Below, one piece after another: positions 46,180 to 51,930 of a DNA stretch of 51,930 nt. The stretch's first letter is position 1. Each line of letters opens with the position of its first letter. The stretch is from a virus. Its lineage: Duplodnaviria > Caudoviricetes. The stretch covers positions 1-51,930 of IMG/VR virus record IMGVR_UViG_3300002092_000005; one strand, written 5' to 3'. A model generated the notes under the pieces. It did no database searches. It worked only from the letters and a program-made list of their open reading frames with translations, and was not told the DNA's origin. The translations under genes and the position numbers were made by a program.

Positions 46180-46323
46180 CTTTTAATTTTGTTAGTGTGC
46201 TTCTTGACTGGATGTCAGGGAGTAAGAAATTCGATAGAAGCTGGGGCATCGACAACTTTAATGTCTGATTCCCCAGTAATCGAAAAGATGGATGTAAATT
46301 TAAAGCTTAAAAAGGAGTGGTAA
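46171..46323 (+). CDS. Unannotated 50-aa lipoprotein
   Basis: MSKLLILLVCFLTGC lipobox; perfect SD TAAGGAGGT; stop 3 nt before the next ATG. Confidence 0.75.
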   Translation: MSKLLILLVCFLTGCQGVRNSIEAGASTTLMSDSPVIEKMDVNLKLKKEW

Positions 46324-46326
46324 GCT

Positions 46327-46803
46327 ATGGAAGTTATTTCAAACATTTTTGAGTTGCGAGCAGCGGTTACAAATGCCTTTGGTGAAAAAAGTTTTATCGA
46401 AACTTTGGAACGCAGGGGAATGTATCGCTCAAGGATCGCATCAGTTGTAGACACCGATTGGTCTACTGAAGATGGTCAGTTAGTAGGACATCATTGGACA
46501 GTCGATCCAGAACCTATCGTAGAAAAATTCAATTTCCCGCCAACTTGGTCAAACAAAGAAAGTTGGAAAAATACCTTTGATTGCGATTATCCAGATTGCT
46601 TAGAAGATGCATTAGATATCGCTCTGTGGACTCCCAGAACACCATCACGATTAATCATCGAAGACGATAATGGGATTCGGGTTCTTAAATCAATTGAAAC
46701 AGATCCTGTTCAGCGGGTGGAAGAAAGAAAAATCAAGCCTGTGACTTTTCCAATCAAAAGGAAGAAGCCTATTAACAATCAACCAACCCTATTTGGAACT
46801 TAA
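46327..46803 (+). CDS. Hypothetical protein
   Basis: SD AAGGAG; ends QPTLFGT, resembling a sliding-clamp-binding motif. Confidence 0.65.
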   Translation: MEVISNIFELRAAVTNAFGEKSFIETLERRGMYRSRIASVVDTDWSTEDGQLVGHHWTVDPEPIVEKFNFPPTWSNKESWKNTFDCDYPDCLEDALDIALWTPRTPSRLIIEDDNGIRVLKSIETDPVQRVEERKIKPVTFPIKRKKPINNQPTLFGT

Positions 46804-46818
46804 CAGGAGAAAAAAAAT

Positions 46819-47145
46819 ATGAAGTTTATGATCACAAAAACAATGGAAAGCAAAGTGGAGACGGAGACGGGTGTTGATGTTAAGGTCGAAGTCGAAGTTG
46901 AGTTACCGTATTATTTTAATTCAGAGTGGGTTGGTTTCGGAAAAGTCGAGGAGCATAGGTGTACGATAATACAGATAAATCACATAAGAGATTGCGATCA
47001 ATACGAACTAAGGATAAATCACAGACCCGCAGCGTATTATAGCTCTTACATGGCGGATAAATATAAGAGCAGCAAAGAAGAATTTCAGAAGGCTGCGGGC
47101 AAAATGTTGGAATCCTTTACCGATGCAACAGGAGAACAGAGATGA
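46819..47145 (+). CDS. Hypothetical protein
   Basis: SD AGGAG. Confidence 0.6.
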   Translation: MKFMITKTMESKVETETGVDVKVEVEVELPYYFNSEWVGFGKVEEHRCTIIQINHIRDCDQYELRINHRPAAYYSSYMADKYKSSKEEFQKAAGKMLESFTDATGEQR

Positions 47146-47438
47146 GTCGCAAACCCATTTCATGGACATTTAGAAAAAAAGGTAGCTACTGTGACATCGA
47201 CATTTTGTCTGGTGATAAAGTCATTGCTAGAGTCTTTGAACACGGTGAGAACACCGCAGATGCCAACGCTAAGCTCATCGCAGCAGCACCAAGGTTGCTG
47301 GAAGCTCTGCAATTTGCATTGGAAAGACTGAAAATAGTAGAAAGAGAAAGTGATTACGATCACCGTACTTTCCACCAAGGTATAGCCATAGATAAGGCTA
47401 TCGCAGCCATAAACAAAGCAAAAGGAGAAAAGAAATGA
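47142..47438 (+). CDS. Hypothetical phage protein
   Basis: Widespread phage motif ANAKLIAAAPRLLEALQ...AAINKAKGE. Confidence 0.7.
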   Translation: MSRKPISWTFRKKGSYCDIDILSGDKVIARVFEHGENTADANAKLIAAAPRLLEALQFALERLKIVERESDYDHRTFHQGIAIDKAIAAINKAKGEKK

Positions 47439-47668
47439 GTGACCTAGATCAAAGACCAATAAAAGACCAATGGAAAATTGTGACAGACCAAGACGATGCC
47501 AGTTTAATGACATTGTCGCTCAATGGTCAAGAATTTGATGTTCAGGCTTTCGGGCTTGGAAAACAACGAACTGATGGAAAAACGATGATGAAAATACAGG
47601 TTTTGATAGACCTTGACCAGTTAAAAATAGGAGCTCGTAGAAAAACGAAAACAGGAGAACAGCAATGA
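47435..47668 (+). CDS. Hypothetical protein
   Basis: ATGA coupling on both sides. Confidence 0.6.
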   Translation: MSDLDQRPIKDQWKIVTDQDDASLMTLSLNGQEFDVQAFGLGKQRTDGKTMMKIQVLIDLDQLKIGARRKTKTGEQQ

Positions 47669-48042
47669 GTGACGAACCTTTATTTGATCCAGAAGAAACC
47701 AAACCTATTCCCGCTGGAACTTACTCTGCTCGCATCTTGCGAGCGGAGATTAAGACCAGCAGGGCGGGAAATAAGTACCTTGCTTGTGATATGCAGATCA
47801 TTCAAGGATCTCAGCAGGGAAGAGCATTGGATGCAAACTTTCACATATTCTCGACTGACACAAAGTTTAGAGCGGACTCAAGAAGGAAGCTGGCAAGGCT
47901 GGCTTCTTCATGTGGGATTACTACTGTAATGAAACCCGAAGAACTTGTGGACAAACCTTTTCTAGTCGAAATAGGCGAAACAACAGATAACTATGGGGCA
48001 ACGAATTTGATTCTTGGGTATTCAAAATTAGGGATGGCATGA
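47665..48042 (+). CDS. DUF669-like ssDNA-binding protein 2
   Basis: PIPAGTYSARILRAEIKTSRAGNKYL...GR...EELVDKP. Confidence 0.75.
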   Translation: MSDEPLFDPEETKPIPAGTYSARILRAEIKTSRAGNKYLACDMQIIQGSQQGRALDANFHIFSTDTKFRADSRRKLARLASSCGITTVMKPEELVDKPFLVEIGETTDNYGATNLILGYSKLGMA

Positions 48043-48701
48043 TGAATTTTAATCCTTATAGGGCCATGAACATATTTATAGAAGAGTTTGACTTGCTAGA
48101 TTTTTCAAAATTAACAAAAACCTTGTTAATTCTCAAAAAGAAAATGGATAAGCAAAATCAGACAAGCGAAAGTGGTACTAGTGGAAAAATAGATATTAAC
48201 GAAGAAGAATGGGATCAAATTAAATCTGTTTGCTATGAATACGATTACAAAATGTATTTTACAAACTCAATAATAGAAATTATTTTTTACGAAATGTTTT
48301 CTAATAGCGAAGGAGAAGATTACAAATGGATTTCTAGAATAGAATTAGAACGATTGTTTGTAAAAAAAATATTTCCCGATATAGGTAATGGTTTAAACCC
48401 ATTACATTTTGGTGGAACTGGATGTTTTTTTGGCCTTGATCAAATAATAAACCAATTAATAGATTTAGATATTCTTATTTCTGAAGAAATTAAAGGCGAA
48501 AACGATTTAAAAAGAAAAAAAATAAAGCTTTGTTTAAACAAAAAAAGCCTTGTAATTCACACTTATAAGGTGCAAAGAAAAGGGCCAGGAATGGTAAGAA
48601 CCAATGTCAATTGGTGTGGACTTCTTATTGATACTTATGAACAGAGAGTTAAAGAACGAAACGAAAGACGGAAGTTGGAAAGGGCAAAAAAAAATGCTTA
48701 G
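48039..48701 (+). CDS. Hypothetical AT-rich protein (its 3' end is also present at 1-244)
   Basis: 220-aa ORF coupled to both neighbours. Confidence 0.6.
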   Translation: MMNFNPYRAMNIFIEEFDLLDFSKLTKTLLILKKKMDKQNQTSESGTSGKIDINEEEWDQIKSVCYEYDYKMYFTNSIIEIIFYEMFSNSEGEDYKWISRIELERLFVKKIFPDIGNGLNPLHFGGTGCFFGLDQIINQLIDLDILISEEIKGENDLKRKKIKLCLNKKSLVIHTYKVQRKGPGMVRTNVNWCGLLIDTYEQRVKERNERRKLERAKKNA

Positions 48702-50346
48702 GAAATATCAACAAGATGCGGTGGATTCGCTATTTCAATTTCAGAATGATCGCCCTGGGCATTCATCTGTGATAGTGATTCCAACTGGTGGCGGGAAAAC
48801 TAGAGTCATGGCTGAGATAATCAGACGATCATTTGAGGCCAATCCGAATTGCAGGGGAATGATTCTCAGTCATGTTAAAGAATTGCTAGAGCAATCATCA
48901 AAAACTTGTACACATTATGCTACCACAACAGGACTTCCTGTTGAGTCAATTGGGGTTTACTCCGCTGCTCTAAAACGCAGAGAAGTAAAACCTTTAACAA
49001 TTGCTGGTATTCAAAGTGTGTACAGAAAGGGTGCTGACTTTGGCTATCTGGATTTCATTATGATTGATGAATGCCATTTGATTTCCCAGAACAAAGAAAC
49101 GATGTATCGAAAGTTTTTGTCTCAGGCAAAGATTTCAAACTCCAGAGTAAAAGTTGTTGGCTTAACTGCAACACCTTACAGACTTCAGAGCGGGATCATC
49201 TTTGGGCATAAAGAAAAGACTTTTGACAATTGTTGCTACGCAATTGGAGTGCGAGATCTGATTGACGAAGGATTTCTTTCTCCGTTAGTAACTATGGGTA
49301 CAAGCGATTCACCTGACCTAAAAAATGTCAGAATTAGAGCGGGTGAATACTTCTCCAAGGATCTTGATGCGATTCTTGAAAACGCTGACCTTGTTCAATC
49401 CAGCGTTAAAGAAGCCATCGTAAAAGCTTCTTCAAGAAAATCTGTCTTAGTGTTTGCCTCATCGATTAAACACGCTGAAATGATTCTTAATGAATTAAAG
49501 AAGCAGGGCCAATCGGCAAACATGATAACAGGCGAAACCCATTCAACGATCAGAGACTTTTTGATCAACGGATTTCGGGCTAACAGTTTCAAATGGTTAG
49601 TAAATGTAGCTGTTCTTACCACAGGTTTTGATGCCCCTGGGATTGATTGCGTTGTGGTGATGAGGCCTACAATGAGCAAAGGTCTTTGGTATCAGATGGT
49701 AGGTAGGGGTTTCAGACTTGCTCCAGATAAAGAGAACTGTTTGATTCTTGATTTCGGTGATAACGCTCTCAGGCATGGTTGCATCGATCAGATCGTTGTT
49801 GATGCTCAAGGCATTGAACTTCCCGCAGCTAAAGTAAAGCGTTGTCCTTCTTGCAATCTCATACACAGGATTGGCAATATCATTTGCCCTTCTTGCGGAT
49901 ACTTTAAGCCAAAGGAAGAAGAATCTTTATTCCCTGAGAAACTTTCTGCAAGCCAAACCAATGGAGAAATACTTGCTGGAAGGCAACCCAAACAGTATGA
50001 AATAGTTGCTACTGGATACACGATCTATCGTAAAACTCCAGCATCTGATCCTTGCATACTCGAAACACACGAAACGCTCGAAGGCAAGCTAATTAGATGC
50101 TACCACTCTCTTAAGCATGGTTTGGAATTTATAGTTTGGAAATGGCTTAAGTCGATTGGTGCAAAAGGTTTACCAGACAAGCATTGGAATATGAATAAAG
50201 AAGGCTTGCAATCTCAGGAATGGTTAGATACTATTCCCAAACCAACTGCTATAAAAGCACACTTGAACGAAAAGGGGTACTATCAAATCGATAGTTACAC
50301 CTTTCAAAGTACTAGAGTAATAAGCGGAGGAGTGGCGAAAGGGTGA
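48694..50346 (+). CDS. SF2 helicase (repeat copy)
   Basis: Translation identical to 237-1889. Confidence 0.9.
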   Translation: MLRKYQQDAVDSLFQFQNDRPGHSSVIVIPTGGGKTRVMAEIIRRSFEANPNCRGMILSHVKELLEQSSKTCTHYATTTGLPVESIGVYSAALKRREVKPLTIAGIQSVYRKGADFGYLDFIMIDECHLISQNKETMYRKFLSQAKISNSRVKVVGLTATPYRLQSGIIFGHKEKTFDNCCYAIGVRDLIDEGFLSPLVTMGTSDSPDLKNVRIRAGEYFSKDLDAILENADLVQSSVKEAIVKASSRKSVLVFASSIKHAEMILNELKKQGQSANMITGETHSTIRDFLINGFRANSFKWLVNVAVLTTGFDAPGIDCVVVMRPTMSKGLWYQMVGRGFRLAPDKENCLILDFGDNALRHGCIDQIVVDAQGIELPAAKVKRCPSCNLIHRIGNIICPSCGYFKPKEEESLFPEKLSASQTNGEILAGRQPKQYEIVATGYTIYRKTPASDPCILETHETLEGKLIRCYHSLKHGLEFIVWKWLKSIGAKGLPDKHWNMNKEGLQSQEWLDTIPKPTAIKAHLNEKGYYQIDSYTFQSTRVISGGVAKG

Positions 50347-50431
50347 AACCACTCCCCCTGTGCTGGGAGGAAGCGGCCCAGCATCATTATCTTAACTAAT
50401 TTAACCACAAAATCAAAGGAATAGGTGTGCC

Positions 50432-51930
50432 TTGGAAGAAATTAAAAAACAGGCTTTGCGGGTTCGTGGACAGGGGTTATCGGTGTTCTCAACCAAGGTT
50501 GATAAAACACCAGTAATTAAGCGAACTAATCGAATAGTTGAACTTCGAGCTAACCCACTATCTGAACTTGAAATTGAGATAGATTTCAGCCATGCAAATG
50601 TAGCAGGGATAGCTATAAATTGTGGCCCAGTTGTGGGCAAAGAAAAGGACTTGGAATGCCTTGATATCGACTGCCCAAAAGTGGCATTAGATTTCCTTCC
50701 TGACTTGGAAGCAACCAGTAAGGAACTACACGATAAACTTTGTGGATGCGTTGAAACCACACCATCTGAAGGTTTACACATCTTCTATTACCTTCCATTG
50801 GGTAAATCAAAGTGTCGTGAACTAGCGGTAATGTCTACGGATAATGGCAAGAAGTGGTTAGCCGAAGCAAAGGCTAAAGGATCTACCAAAAAGGTTGCCC
50901 CACCATTGATTGAAACAAGGGGTGCGGGTGGATATGTGGTTGGATTCTATTCTCAGGCAGTCTCAAAAATTGATGGATTAGTTAAGCCATATAAAATGTT
51001 GCATGGTGATGTTTCAACTATCCCAATGCTTACCGCTGATGAGCATGAATTTCTAATGTCATTTGCTCAGTCATATGATCAGAAAGCAGCAAAGAGATTC
51101 ATCGAACTTAACAAAGAACCTTACCAGCATAAAGAAATAGGAAAGAAGACAGCGTTGGATCAATGGCGAGCGGAAACTTCATGGCCCGAAATTCTTCCAG
51201 ACTCTTACCGAGTGGTTGAAGTCAGGCATGATTACTTCATGGTATGGCATCCAGATTCGTCAGGCAGAGAACCTAACGCAATTGCAGGGTGCAAAAATGG
51301 TGGCATGGATCGCTATTGGAATTTCAGTCCATTGGACTGGAGATTAAGTCCAAACATACCTTTGACTAAAGATTATGTTTACTGCATGAGTCGAGGTTGG
51401 CAACCAGGGAGTAGAGAATGGAAAACATTTTACGCACAGGTGTTTGCTAAGTATTCGATAGATAAAATTGAAGATGAACCTGTGAATGAATCTAGGTGGG
51501 ATTTCCTTGAAACAACAAAGTCAGGCAAAGTTAAACAAGTCAGAACTGTAGACATTGTTCCTGACGATGCCATTTCATTTCCTGGTTGGATCGACACATA
51601 CATTGACTACTGCATGAGGAACGCATTGTATCCAGAGAAGCGAATTGCTGCTGCATCTGCATTAGGTATGTTTTCCGCTCTGGTGGGAAGATCCATCATG
51701 GGGCCGAATGAACTCAAGCTTAACCTATACATTGTGGTGCTTGGCTTGACAGCTTCGGGCAAAGATTTCCCACGAAAATTGAACGCTAGAATCTGTATGG
51801 AAATTGATAACGCAAGCTTGCTAATGACGAAGGTAGGTTCAAGAGAAGGTCTTGAAGAGAAGGTGATTCAAGGCCCGAAATTCCTTATGGCAGACGAAGG
51901 TGCATTTGATCTTGAGAAAGCTAAATCGGG
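50432..51930 (+). CDS. Primase-polymerase (repeat copy, truncated by the window end)
   Basis: Matches 1975-3473. Confidence 0.85.
   Translation, partial: MEEIKKQALRVRGQGLSVFSTKVDKTPVIKRTNRIVELRANPLSELEIEIDFSHANVAGIAINCGPVVGKEKDLECLDIDCPKVALDFLPDLEATSKELHDKLCGCVETTPSEGLHIFYYLPLGKSKCRELAVMSTDNGKKWLAEAKAKGSTKKVAPPLIETRGAGGYVVGFYSQAVSKIDGLVKPYKMLHGDVSTIPMLTADEHEFLMSFAQSYDQKAAKRFIELNKEPYQHKEIGKKTALDQWRAETSWPEILPDSYRVVEVRHDYFMVWHPDSSGREPNAIAGCKNGGMDRYWNFSPLDWRLSPNIPLTKDYVYCMSRGWQPGSREWKTFYAQVFAKYSIDKIEDEPVNESRWDFLETTKSGKVKQVRTVDIVPDDAISFPGWIDTYIDYCMRNALYPEKRIAAASALGMFSALVGRSIMGPNELKLNLYIVVLGLTASGKDFPRKLNARICMEIDNASLLMTKVGSREGLEEKVIQGPKFLMADEGAFDLEKAKS

Larger units (their letters stand above)
48458..51930. 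repeat. Terminal direct repeat, copy 2
   Basis: Matches 1-3473. Confidence 0.97.

Noticed and set aside
48604-51930. Second helicase/primase as a gene duplication
   Set aside because: These are identical copies inside the terminal repeat.
1-51930. Alternative genetic code or stop-codon reassignment
   Set aside because: Core genes are full length in the standard code, and TAA, TAG and TGA all terminate genes.

Overview
Apparently complete, circularly permuted genome of a tailed dsDNA phage with siphovirus-like architecture. The unit length is 48,457 bp and bases 1-3473 are repeated at 48458-51930. A minus-strand late block (32459 to 4448) encodes portal, prohead protease/scaffold, decoration protein, major capsid, connectors, two paralogous tail-tube genes, a -1 frameshifted tail chaperone, tape measure, tail-tip and fibre proteins. 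Unusually, the terminase genes lie at the far end of this block. A plus-strand early region (33253-40550) follows an AT-rich non-coding stretch, then a minus-strand regulatory/recombination block (40633-43884) and a plus-strand replication block (AAA ATPase, two DUF669-like proteins, SF2 helicase, primase-polymerase). I saw no integrase, replicative DNA polymerase, tRNA, CRISPR array or reverse transcriptase. A Planctomycetota host is inferred from remembered motif similarities, not demonstrated. The most notable element is a self-contained cassette (about 14900 to 11925) in the lysis position with no recognisable peptidoglycan hydrolase. It encodes a holin-like protein, a start-less HNH frame reachable by a +1 slip, an exported protein, an unannotated 33-aa peptide duplicating the N-terminus of the papain-like protease that follows, and a small Cys-rich exported peptide. 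Other highlights are a three-way-junction RNA candidate (7339-7432) and an unannotated 50-aa lipoprotein whose start region is locked in a hairpin. All family assignments are by-eye motif recognition; no searches were run.
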